Shown here: in pieces, positions 1 to 8,951 of the stretch
How the letters are laid out: each line of letters starts with the position of its first letter
How positions within the stretch are numbered: the first letter of the stretch is position 1
Source: an uncultured Roseobacteraceae bacterium
GTDB lineage: Bacteria; Bacteroidota; Bacteroidia; Cytophagales; Flammeovirgaceae
Reading direction: 5' to 3'
Assembly: GCA_964394585.1 (NCBI GenBank)
Contig: CAYMYI010000001.1
Span: 8,713-72,712 of the forward strand
Length of the DNA: 64,000 nucleotides
Position numbers and translations under genes: made by a program
The notes under the pieces: generated by a model
Database searches by the model: none
The model's input: the letters and a program-made list of their open reading frames with translations, nothing else
What the model was told of the DNA's origin: nothing

Positions 1-18
1 TTAACATAGTGATGAGGT

Positions 19-984
19 TTACTCTTCGAGGACTTTTCGATCGAGCCCAGGAGGTAATGGCCCTTGGTACGATAGCTTAATACTCGCCAGTTTGCTTCCT
101 TCTTGGGCACATTGTTCAATACTTTTTCCTGAAAGCCAAGCCCCTAAGAATGCTGCCCAGTAGGTATCGCCACTGCCGGTACTATCACCCAAGCGTTCAG
201 GCGGTGTAGCTGGTATAAATACAGGTTCTTCGTCCGGGTTTCCCGAAACCATACTACCATCTTTCCCAAAAGTAAGCGCTACTACTTTTGCTCCCCACTC
301 GTGAAAACGCTGAATGGCTGTCTTTTTTCCGAGGTTTTCATTAGGGAATAAATTAATTACATCTTCTTGCCCAACTTTCACTAGCGGATTTAAAGCGCAG
401 AAATCTTTGACCAACCGAACAGCTTCTCTAGGATGCGCCCAATTTTTGGGCGAAAATTTCACGTTTAAGCTGAGCGGAATATTGGCTTCTTTTGCTTTAT
501 TAGCCAATTGCATTACCACGGTTTGAGCGGGTCTGCGGCTCAGTGCAAAACAGGTAGAATGAAAAAGTTTGATTCGCTGAAATACCTCGTCGGGGACTTG
601 TTTGGCGTCAAGCTGCTTATCGGCCATTCGGTAGGCAAGCCAATCGGCTTGCCCCAAACTACGCGATATCATCACCAACGACGTAGGAAATGCATCCTTC
701 CGTTCGATAAACTGGGTATCTACACCTACATCGGTAAGGGTTTCTAACAGATAATCACCAAGGTAGTCTTCTCCAATGGAGGCTACTAATGCCGTTTTAT
801 ACCCCAATTTAGCCATATTGCACACCAGATTGGCAGCACTACCTCCTTGGAAGCGTTGAAACTCACTGGTATCGCCTAGGTGATTGGCAACATCTTGCCC
901 AATTAAATCAATCAACAATGCCCCCACCGCTAATACGTCGTACTCGCCTTTGTAAAGTTGAGTTTCACCTGTTACAGTTTCCAT
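19..984 (-). CDS. PfkB-family carbohydrate kinase (ribokinase/fructokinase-like)
   Basis: ORF 19..1086 was trimmed to the ATG at 984 (METVTGE...) because the longer form overlaps the upstream symporter gene. N-terminal DVLAVGALLIDLIG and C-terminal DSTGSGDTYWAAFLGAW match the two PfkB signatures. It lies 26 bp downstream of a solute symporter gene on the same strand. Confidence 0.8.
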   Translation of the reverse strand: METVTGETQLYKGEYDVLAVGALLIDLIGQDVANHLGDTSEFQRFQGGSAANLVCNMAKLGYKTALVASIGEDYLGDYLLETLTDVGVDTQFIERKDAFPTSLVMISRSLGQADWLAYRMADKQLDAKQVPDEVFQRIKLFHSTCFALSRRPAQTVVMQLANKAKEANIPLSLNVKFSPKNWAHPREAVRLVKDFCALNPLVKVGQEDVINLFPNENLGKKTAIQRFHEWGAKVVALTFGKDGSMVSGNPDEEPVFIPATPPERLGDSTGSGDTYWAAFLGAWLSGKSIEQCAQEGSKLASIKLSYQGPLPPGLDRKVLEE

Positions 985-1010
985 ATTTACAGTATCTCGT
1001 TTATGCCGTT

Positions 1011-2705
1011 TTACCAAAACATCCCTACTACAATAGCTGTGATAATCAAAAGGAACACAGCCAAGATACGGTAGTTTTTGTACCATGGTAAAGCCTTCAG
1101 TTCTTCCGTTTCAGCTTTGAAAATGCCCACATGCCAGGTAAGATGCTCAATTTTTTCGATGGAAGGGGCGGGCGTCGCAAGGCTCACTACTACATGGATT
1201 AGTATACAAGCCACCATAAGCAATGGCGCAGTATGCAAAAAGTGCATCTCGCTTATTGTAGGCACCATGCCATTCAGCTTAATCACAATCATAAAAACAG
1301 CGATAAGCAAACCACCAATAAGGCTAGCAATAGCACCATGCCCGTTGCCTCTTTTCCAAAATAATCCTACTAAAAATACAGCTACTACCGGTGGAGCAAT
1401 AAACCCTAGAACGAGTTGCAGGTAATCCCACAGCGAAGAAAAGTTTTCAATTTGTGGAGCCCAAGCGGCTGCTAAAATCACTAGTACTACTGTAGCAATT
1501 TGACCTGCACGTACAAGCCCTTGGCTAGTAAGGTTAGGAGCAAGTTTTGAAACAAAATCCATGGTGATTAACGTAGACGCCGAGTTTAAAGTAGCACTGA
1601 TACTCGACGACATCGCAGCGAGTAACCCGGCAATTACCAACCCTAGCAAGCCGGTTGGTAATAACTTATAGATTAACACAGGATACGTCATGTTGGGGCA
1701 ATCACTCAAATTACTACATAGCACTGCCGCACCATCTTCGCCGGTGATGTAATAATTTAATCCGCTAATATCTAAATCGGAGAAAAGTACAATAGCTACT
1801 ACCCCTGGTAACACCATGAAAAAAATCACAGGTATTTTCAATAAACCTGCAAATAGAGCGCCCCAACGACCATGATTCAAGTCTTTTGCACTCAATACAC
1901 GTTGTACCATAAACTGATTGTTTGCCCAAAAATAGAACCCAAGCAAAGGCACCCCAAATAGCAACCCTGTCCAAGGCATATGACTCCCCGTCATGGGTTC
2001 TACCAAACTAAAGACTTCATCGGGGTTTTTAGCCACTGTACCTGCTTCGTGCAAATTGGCAAGTCCTGCCATCATACCATCCCACCCGCCTACTTCGCTA
2101 AAACAGAAATAGGTGAGCACCATCGAACCGGCAATCAGCAATACTGCTTGAATAACCTCGGTGTGCACTACCGAAGAAAGTCCTCCGGGAATCGTATACG
2201 CCGCTGCGGCAAATGCAAGCATGGCAATAATTACTGCTGAGTTAAGTTCAGGAAAAATGATTTTCAGAATCAAATTACCCGCATATAGTCCAGAAGCCGT
2301 ATCGATAATCACATTCCCTACAATGGTAATAAAAGAGAAATAGTAACGAGAACGGGTATCGTATCGCCTTTCTAAGAACTCGGGCATGGTATATACTTTC
2401 GAGCGCAAATAAAACGGCAAAAAGAAAATGGCAAAAAACACCAACACTACAGCGGCCATCCACTCGTAGTTATACACTCCTAAATTAGTATTAAATGCAT
2501 CGGAAGTAAGCCCTATTAGGGTATTACTCCCTATGTTCGCGGCAAATAATGAAATGCCTACAATGGGCCAAGTCATGTTTCGCCCTGCTAAAAAGTAATC
2601 TTCAGACGATTTTTGTTTCCCTTTCGAGATTCCATACCAAATAATCCCAAAGATATACACGATGATAATCACGATATCAATGGTACTGAGGGTTACATTT
2701 TCCAT
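1011..2705 (-). CDS. Sodium:solute symporter (SSS/SGLT family)
   Basis: Long polytopic membrane ORF (about 13-14 hydrophobic helices) with SSS-like sequence throughout. It was trimmed to the ATG at 2705 (MENVTLSTIDIV...), where the first TM begins. Confidence 0.8.
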   Translation of the reverse strand: MENVTLSTIDIVIIIVYIFGIIWYGISKGKQKSSEDYFLAGRNMTWPIVGISLFAANIGSNTLIGLTSDAFNTNLGVYNYEWMAAVVLVFFAIFFLPFYLRSKVYTMPEFLERRYDTRSRYYFSFITIVGNVIIDTASGLYAGNLILKIIFPELNSAVIIAMLAFAAAAYTIPGGLSSVVHTEVIQAVLLIAGSMVLTYFCFSEVGGWDGMMAGLANLHEAGTVAKNPDEVFSLVEPMTGSHMPWTGLLFGVPLLGFYFWANNQFMVQRVLSAKDLNHGRWGALFAGLLKIPVIFFMVLPGVVAIVLFSDLDISGLNYYITGEDGAAVLCSNLSDCPNMTYPVLIYKLLPTGLLGLVIAGLLAAMSSSISATLNSASTLITMDFVSKLAPNLTSQGLVRAGQIATVVLVILAAAWAPQIENFSSLWDYLQLVLGFIAPPVVAVFLVGLFWKRGNGHGAIASLIGGLLIAVFMIVIKLNGMVPTISEMHFLHTAPLLMVACILIHVVVSLATPAPSIEKIEHLTWHVGIFKAETEELKALPWYKNYRILAVFLLIITAIVVGMFW

Positions 2706-2975
2706 ATTTACTTTAGTTAGTGAGTAGTTGTATGATTGTGTAATTTTTAATGCAAATCCGTTATAAACTTCTATAAAATTAGGAGAATTTGGCACAAAAC
2801 CGAATTATTGTATCATATTCCCATACAAGGCAAAGTGCGGCATACTTATACCTGCGTTATACACACTCTTCCATTTGCACGCATCTAATATCCTTATGTA
2901 AATTGGGATTGGATAACTTCCGACATTTTGGATCTCACATTATCAAAATACAATTTTCTCTTATCCAACATAGTT

Positions 2976-3821
2976 ATGAATTTTACCCTCGACCCTACTT
3001 TGGTACACAGCCTCGTTTTGATTGTTCTATATGCGCTGGTTTTTCTGTTTGCCCGGTATGTCCGAAGTTGGTTTTCAACATTCAAAATAGGGCATCAACT
3101 TGTACATGAAGATAATAGCGCTTTTGCCATCAGCATAGCAGGGTATTTTATAGGGATTACAGCAGTTTTTGTGGGGGCTAGTAGAGGAGCTACACAAGGG
3201 TTATTGCACGATATCATGTTAGTCTCGGCATACTCTTTAGCCGGCATCGTCGCTATGAACCTCGCCCGAATTGTAAACGATCGCATTATTCTAGAACAGT
3301 TCTCAAACACACATGAAATTATCCAACAGCGCAATATCGCTGCTGGTATCGTTCAAGGTGCTTACTACATAGCTTCTGGGCTTATTGTAGCAGGGGCTGT
3401 AAGTGGCGAATCAGGCGGGCCGCTTTCCGCCTTCGTTTTCTTTGTAGTGGGGCAACTTATACTTATCATTTTTTCGCGAATTTACATAAGCATTGTAGGG
3501 TATTCAGTACACGATGAACTTAAAACGCAAAACGTTCCCGTGGCACTCAGTTTTTCTGGAAACCTCATTGCTATGAGCTTAATTATTATGAGAGCCATTG
3601 CGGGTACTTTTGTAGGTTGGGGCGAAAGTTTTTTATATCTGGTACTCGACCTTGCCCTCATAGTCTTGTATTTGGTATTAGTTCGGCAATATTTTGACCG
3701 CCTCATTATTCCCGGTTCTAAACTACGCAAAGAATTAATTGAAGACCGAAATTTAGGGGCCGGTGCCTTGGAAATGTTTGTGGCTATTTGTTTTGGCCTT
3801 GTGATTGTATTTCTGTTTTAA
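2976..3821 (+). CDS. Membrane protein with four DUF350-like repeats
   Basis: There are four repeats of a polar-x-x-N-x-A-x-A...G...I helix unit: HEDNSAFAISIAGYFIG, QQRNIAAGIVQGAYYIASG, KTQNVPVALSFSGNLIA and EDRNLGAGALEMFVAICFG. The start was moved to the ATG at 2976 (MNFTLDP...). Confidence 0.55.
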   Translation: MNFTLDPTLVHSLVLIVLYALVFLFARYVRSWFSTFKIGHQLVHEDNSAFAISIAGYFIGITAVFVGASRGATQGLLHDIMLVSAYSLAGIVAMNLARIVNDRIILEQFSNTHEIIQQRNIAAGIVQGAYYIASGLIVAGAVSGESGGPLSAFVFFVVGQLILIIFSRIYISIVGYSVHDELKTQNVPVALSFSGNLIAMSLIIMRAIAGTFVGWGESFLYLVLDLALIVLYLVLVRQYFDRLIIPGSKLRKELIEDRNLGAGALEMFVAICFGLVIVFLF

Positions 3822-5158
3822 TGTTGAAGCAAGTAGCGAATTTTCCACCGCAACCAACGGAGCGTTTGTTTGAATAGCGCTCCCAAACGCAACGGGAAAC
3901 TAAAATGTACCCATACGAGTCCAAGTACCCCGCCCACCCAATAGCTTAGAATAGTTACAAGAGCCACTGCCCATAATTTTTGAAAAGATAGGATAACCCA
4001 TAGGTTTCCGATCACATTCAATAAAACCATACACCACACTTGAACAAAACTGCGTTCAGGGTAGTGTAAGGCTTCTAAGGCCACTCCTGAAAACCGAAAG
4101 AAAGGCGCTAGTACGGTACTCAGTGCAAGCCCCCACCAAACTGCCTGATACTCTGTTTCGGCTAACCCAAAAGACAACCCCGCCATCAGTAAGGCTGCGG
4201 GAATCGAAAATAGAAAAGTCACACCAAGGTACATCCCCCAAATTCTCCGAAAACGAAGCATTTTTTTGGGGGGCTTCACCCCATTAAATACCGATACCAA
4301 GCGAGGGTACGCATTGGCTGTCATACTGCGGATTAGCAAATCAGACCATTCGGTAAGCCGAAGTGGAAGGTGGTAAAAAGCAAGACACTCGGGCGAAGCC
4401 AAAATTCCCAGCATAAACGTATCTGATGACTTCAACAAATTAAGAGCCGTAAGGCTGCCCATGCTGTATCTACCAAAATGAAACATTTTCTTTAACGTGC
4501 CCCAGGTTGCATATCGCAATATCGATATATCGCAAAGCCCATTGTACAGCGTAATTACCGAAGCGATAAGATGCCCTAGTAAATAGAATAACACAATTTG
4601 CACTACATTAAAAGGCTGCAGTGTATGCAGCAATACAAAAAAAGTAAACGTACCAAAAACCACTAAGCGCAAGCGAAAACTAAAAAGGAATAAACGCTTG
4701 ACATTCAAGTGCCACTGCGCAAACATAAACGGGAATGAAGCAACCAGCAGCAAAGGAGCGTAGTGCCAAAAAAGGTAATAGGCATCCCTTTCGAACGGCG
4801 CACTGAGCTGAGCACCTACCAACAAGCCGCCCATCAGAAGCAACGTTACCCCTCCCCCTATCCAAAGGCTTGCCGATAGATACGGAATGCGCTTCGTTTC
4901 TTCCATGCCACTCGTGTAGCGAATCAGTGCCGATTGCACTACCCCGGTGCGTAGTAACTCTAAAAAGCTACTACCGGTAATAAAAATGCCCCATTGCCCA
5001 AAACTGACTACCGGCAACGTGTAATATAAAATCAGCAGATTGAGCAGCCCCAATAAAGCAATGCTTCCGTTGTTCCACCACGCTTGCCAATGCGGACTCC
5101 CCCACAGTGCAGCCATGCCAAAGCCCTGTTTCGTGTTTTCTGTCTCAGTTTCCTTCAT
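3818..5158 (-). CDS. Polysaccharide biosynthesis / oligosaccharide flippase-like membrane protein (MOP superfamily)
   Basis: 446-aa polytopic membrane protein with Wzx/RfbX-like organisation. Its stop overlaps the convergent DUF350 gene by 4 nt. The family call is by general resemblance only. Confidence 0.5.
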   Translation of the reverse strand: MKETETENTKQGFGMAALWGSPHWQAWWNNGSIALLGLLNLLILYYTLPVVSFGQWGIFITGSSFLELLRTGVVQSALIRYTSGMEETKRIPYLSASLWIGGGVTLLLMGGLLVGAQLSAPFERDAYYLFWHYAPLLLVASFPFMFAQWHLNVKRLFLFSFRLRLVVFGTFTFFVLLHTLQPFNVVQIVLFYLLGHLIASVITLYNGLCDISILRYATWGTLKKMFHFGRYSMGSLTALNLLKSSDTFMLGILASPECLAFYHLPLRLTEWSDLLIRSMTANAYPRLVSVFNGVKPPKKMLRFRRIWGMYLGVTFLFSIPAALLMAGLSFGLAETEYQAVWWGLALSTVLAPFFRFSGVALEALHYPERSFVQVWCMVLLNVIGNLWVILSFQKLWAVALVTILSYWVGGVLGLVWVHFSFPLRLGALFKQTLRWLRWKIRYLLQH

Positions 5159-5249
5159 GAACTGTATATTGCGCCTTTAGGTACAAGCCGTAAAGCAATC
5201 GTATCTCATGGTACATTTTCCGTAAAACTAATTCATTTCCTTATTACCC

Positions 5250-6509
5250 ATGAAACGAACCCCCTGGTTATGGATACCTTCCCTTTATTTCACCGAAGGA
5301 CTTCCGTATGTAATGGTGATGACTGTATCGGTCATCATGTACAAAAAACTAGAAATTTCAAATGCGGAAATCGCCCTCTACACGAGCTGGTTATACCTAC
5401 CTTGGGTTATTAAACCGATATGGAGCCCCTTAATCGATTTAATAGGAAAGAAACGAAGTTGGATTACCGTAATGCAGTTTATCATTGGGGCTGCCCTAGC
5501 AGGCGTAGCCCTTACCATCCCTACAAGCAACTTTTTTCAGTTCACCTTAGCATTCTTTTGGCTAATGGCATTTAGCTCCGCAACGCACGATATCGCCGCC
5601 GATGGTTTTTACATGATTGGACTTACCAAACATCAACAAGCTTTTTTTGTAGGAATCCGCAGCACATTTTATCGCCTAGCAATGATTACCGGCCAAGGTC
5701 TTATTGTCATCCTAGCAGGTTATCTGGAAATTGTTTACAAGCCTACCATCGCTTGGAGTCTAACGTTTGGAGCTATTGCAGCCATGTTGGTCGTTTCAGG
5801 CATATGGCATCTGGTATTTCTTCCAAAAACAGAATACGATCGAGCCGCTCGCTCTTCAGAAAACCCATTACAAGCTTTCTTTGGCACTTTTGTACTCTTT
5901 TTCAAGAAAAAGAAGATTGGTTTTATCGTTGCGTTTCTTTTGTTGTACCGCCTCGGTGAAGCCCAGCTTGTAAAACTAGCCTCCCCCTTTTTACTTGATA
6001 CCCCTTCCCAAGGAGGGCTTGGGCTCGAAACTGCACAAGTAGGGCTGGTGTATGGCACTATTGGGGTGATTGCTCTTACCATAGGCGGTATACTCGGGGG
6101 CGTTGTGGTATCACAAAAAGGGCTCAAGTTTTGGCTTTGGTGGATGCTTCTTGCCATCAACATTCCCAACGGAGTCTACATCCTACTTTCCGTATTCCAG
6201 CCCAACTCATTCATATTGATTAGTGCCGCCGTAGCACTCGAGCAGTTCGGCTATGGTTTTGGCTTCACCGCTTATATGCTCTATATGATTCACATTGCCG
6301 AAGGTCCCCACAAAACCGCGCATTTTGCACTGGCAACAGGTTTTATGGCACTCGGAATGATGCTACCCGGTATGGTGAGCGGCTCCTTACAAGAATGGTT
6401 GGGCTACCCAGTTTTTTTCACGTGGGTGTTACTCTGCACCATTCCGGGGTTCCTCGTAGCAGCATTCATCCCTATCGAAGCAAACTTTGGGAAAAAAGCA
6501 TCCACATAG
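5250..6509 (+). CDS. ampG: AmpG-family MFS muropeptide permease
   Basis: The N-terminus WIPSLYFTEGLPYVMV is the typical AmpG start. About 12 TM helices across 419 aa. Confidence 0.75.
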   Translation: MKRTPWLWIPSLYFTEGLPYVMVMTVSVIMYKKLEISNAEIALYTSWLYLPWVIKPIWSPLIDLIGKKRSWITVMQFIIGAALAGVALTIPTSNFFQFTLAFFWLMAFSSATHDIAADGFYMIGLTKHQQAFFVGIRSTFYRLAMITGQGLIVILAGYLEIVYKPTIAWSLTFGAIAAMLVVSGIWHLVFLPKTEYDRAARSSENPLQAFFGTFVLFFKKKKIGFIVAFLLLYRLGEAQLVKLASPFLLDTPSQGGLGLETAQVGLVYGTIGVIALTIGGILGGVVVSQKGLKFWLWWMLLAINIPNGVYILLSVFQPNSFILISAAVALEQFGYGFGFTAYMLYMIHIAEGPHKTAHFALATGFMALGMMLPGMVSGSLQEWLGYPVFFTWVLLCTIPGFLVAAFIPIEANFGKKAST

Positions 6510-6633
6510 CTTTAAGCATAAGACACTGATTGTAAGGCATTCCCCCAGAATACTCAAAAACATCTTTACGATTTCCTTTTAAAGTTCTAAGTAATCTGTT
6601 TTTTTTGTACTGAAAGAAAAACGCAAGTAAAGA

Positions 6634-7437
6634 ATGATTGACACCCACGCACACATTTACGTGGATAAATTCAATGCTGATAGAGACGAGATGCTGGAAA
6701 GAGCGTTTTCGCAAGGAGTTTCGCACATTTTTATGCCAAATATCGACGAAGCTTCTATTGAATCCATGTTACAGCTAGCTGAACGGTACCCTACACAATG
6801 TTTCCCGATGATGGGTTTACACCCTTGCTCTGTAGCAAACAACTTCACCAAAGATTTATACTGGGTGGAAGAGTGGCTAGCAAAGCGGCCTTTCGTTGCC
6901 GTTGGGGAAATGGGACTCGACTTATATTGGGACAAAACGTATTTTGAACAACAAAAAGAAGCATTTCGCATACAAGCACAATTTGCCAAACAGTATGATT
7001 TGCCAATTGTGGTTCATACCCGCGAAAGCATGCAAGAGACTATCGAACTTCTCGAAGAATTGCAAGACGGATCTCTCAAAGGAATTGTTCACTGTTTTAC
7101 AGGAACTGTAGCCGATGCCGCTCGCATTGTTGAACTAGGCTTTTACCTAGGCATTGGCGGAGTCGCCACATTTAAAAAAGGAGGGCTTGATACAGTAATC
7201 CCCCATATCAATACCAAGCGTATGGTACTCGAAACCGATAGCCCTTACCTAGCACCTACGCCACATAGAGGCAAACGCAATGAGCCTGCCTATGTAAACT
7301 TAGTAGCAAATAAAGTAGCTGAATATCTTTCTACCGACGTAGAAACCGTTGAACGCATTACCGATGCCAATGCACTAACAATCTATTCCGTAGATCGTTA
7401 TCATATTCAGTTGAAAGAATACGTATCTGCTTCTTAA
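6634..7437 (+). CDS. TatD-family metal-dependent hydrolase (DNase)
   Basis: MIDTHAHIY metal-binding start, internal VHTRES and ETDSPYLAP motifs, 267 aa. Confidence 0.9.
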   Translation: MIDTHAHIYVDKFNADRDEMLERAFSQGVSHIFMPNIDEASIESMLQLAERYPTQCFPMMGLHPCSVANNFTKDLYWVEEWLAKRPFVAVGEMGLDLYWDKTYFEQQKEAFRIQAQFAKQYDLPIVVHTRESMQETIELLEELQDGSLKGIVHCFTGTVADAARIVELGFYLGIGGVATFKKGGLDTVIPHINTKRMVLETDSPYLAPTPHRGKRNEPAYVNLVANKVAEYLSTDVETVERITDANALTIYSVDRYHIQLKEYVSAS

Positions 7438-8142
7438 CTTTACAATGCCTAGTAAAAAATGAGATTTTTAGACACAGATATTACAACCTTTTCAACCTTC
7501 AGGGGGTCAATACCTGTAGAGAATAAGCAAAAGTGTTTATTCAGGAAAATAAATATTTAATTGTTTGCTATACTTGCATCATATAAGTTATCTTTAATTT
7601 TCTTACTGATAATAAGTGAGATTTTACAAGAAAAGCAGCAATTGAAAAGTTATCAGTTGCGGAAGTGTATTTCAAAACTGATGAAATGAAGGGAGGGAAT
7701 TGTTCCTCTCATATGTTCTTTGAAATTTAATAAGTACTGCCGGTAAACTCTTGAAGTTATCCGGTAATCAATCAGCTATGATTGTGCTTTTTCGTTGGGG
7801 CTGCCTCGCCGAAATTGGCTCAGTGGCGCAAGTATTGCAACTTGGTAGTTTTGTTAATTTTTACGTGTTTTAGAATTTTACTCCCTTGTTGCTCTTGCAA
7901 TATTGAAAAGATGGAAGTGAGAACGCCCCGCCAAGAAGTACATAACCATCGATTGCCCTCAGCATACTTCGAGCGTGTTACAGCACGCAAGGCGTCTTGC
8001 TGAGGGCAGAAACTAACATCTTTAACCTATGAGATCATTCAATCAATTATTTATTTAAACAATTGAGCCGGAGTGACTCGTAGTTTATCTGAGCAGTACT
8101 TTTAAATGATATTATTCAGTTTTTACACTTAAATCAAGCAAT

Positions 8143-8194
8143 AAGCCGCTATGTTGATTTTCTTTCGGGAATTAACGTAGCGGCTTTTGTTTTT
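8143..8194 (+). terminator. Intrinsic terminator-like hairpin with no coding gene upstream
   Basis: AAGCCGCTA (8143-8151) pairs with TAGCGGCTT (8178-8186). It is followed directly by TTGTTTTT. The nearest upstream + strand CDS ends about 700 bp away. Confidence 0.5.
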
Positions 8195-8312
8195 ACCTTT
8201 GGCAAATAAAAACGCTTCACGTTACTCGCTGTTTAGGGACACCCTTTTATCCCAAACTGCTTAGTGCTATAAAAACCTAGCAAAAATGCTGTAACGATGT
8301 TACTTTAGTCAG

Positions 8313-8951
8313 ATGCCTTCTACTTCTGATTTCCACAATTTATCTGACCATGACCTGGTGGTGCTATTTCGGCAACAGCAAGACCCCGCCATTACCGGCG
8401 AGTTGTTTCGCCGATATGCCCACTTGGTGATGGGTACTTGCCTCAAATATTTAAAAAATGAAGAGGCAAGTAAAGATGCTGTTATGGCAATTTTTGAAAA
8501 GCTATTAAACAGAATGCACAAATTCGAAATCCAAAATTTTAGTGCATGGCTGTATCAGGTTACCAAAAATTATTGCTTTATGGAACTACGGAAAGCGCAG
8601 AGTCAATCCAAAAAACATGGAGCATGGCAAGAAGATTTTCTGATGCTCCATATGGATACTCAGGAAGAGATGCATCTTACTAATGAACCTAGCTTTAAAG
8701 AAGAAAATCTGGCAAAAATGCATGAAGCCCTCCAAAAATTAAAACCCGAACAGAAACGCTGCGTGGAGCTATTTTATTTGGAGGGCCAATCGTATCAACA
8801 AATTGCAGAAACTACCGGGTTTTCTATCAAAAAAGTAAAAAGCTACCTTCAAAACGGAAAAAGAAACTTACAAAAAATGACCGTCAATAGCGTTTGGCTT
8901 GCCTCGCTATTATGCATGCATGGTATCGAAGCTCTAGATGTGCTATCATGA
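8313..8951 (+). CDS. ECF-type RNA polymerase sigma-70 factor
   Basis: Region 2 (LFRRYAHLVMGTCLKYL, AWLYQVTKNYCFMELRK) and region 4 (RCVELFYLEGQSYQQIAETTGFSIKKVKSYLQNGKRNL) are recognisable. Confidence 0.85.
   Translation: MPSTSDFHNLSDHDLVVLFRQQQDPAITGELFRRYAHLVMGTCLKYLKNEEASKDAVMAIFEKLLNRMHKFEIQNFSAWLYQVTKNYCFMELRKAQSQSKKHGAWQEDFLMLHMDTQEEMHLTNEPSFKEENLAKMHEALQKLKPEQKRCVELFYLEGQSYQQIAETTGFSIKKVKSYLQNGKRNLQKMTVNSVWLASLLCMHGIEALDVLS

Noticed and set aside
19-2795. Long N-terminal extensions in the ORF track: 19..1086, 1011..2795, and likewise 10122..11033, 11094..12143, 20779.., 35032.. and 58745...
   Set aside because: The extensions overlap neighbouring genes or terminators and precede the first recognisable domain or signal peptide. 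Internal ATGs give conventional protein lengths, so the starts were trimmed.
7797-7853. GGGGCTG... start and a GGCTCAGTGGCGCAAG stretch that superficially recall a tmRNA 5' end or a tRNA D-arm.
   Set aside because: I found no complementary CAGCCCC-ACCA acceptor 3' end, no T-arm (GGTTCGAAT-like) and no tag-peptide reading frame ending in ...ALAA. The D-arm-like stretch does not close into a cloverleaf.
7782-8003. 73-aa Cys-rich ORF from the ORF track in the long intergenic region.
   Set aside because: It has a TTG start and no recognisable family or signal sequence. It runs through the hairpin elements, and the surrounding frames are stop-rich. It was treated as non-coding.
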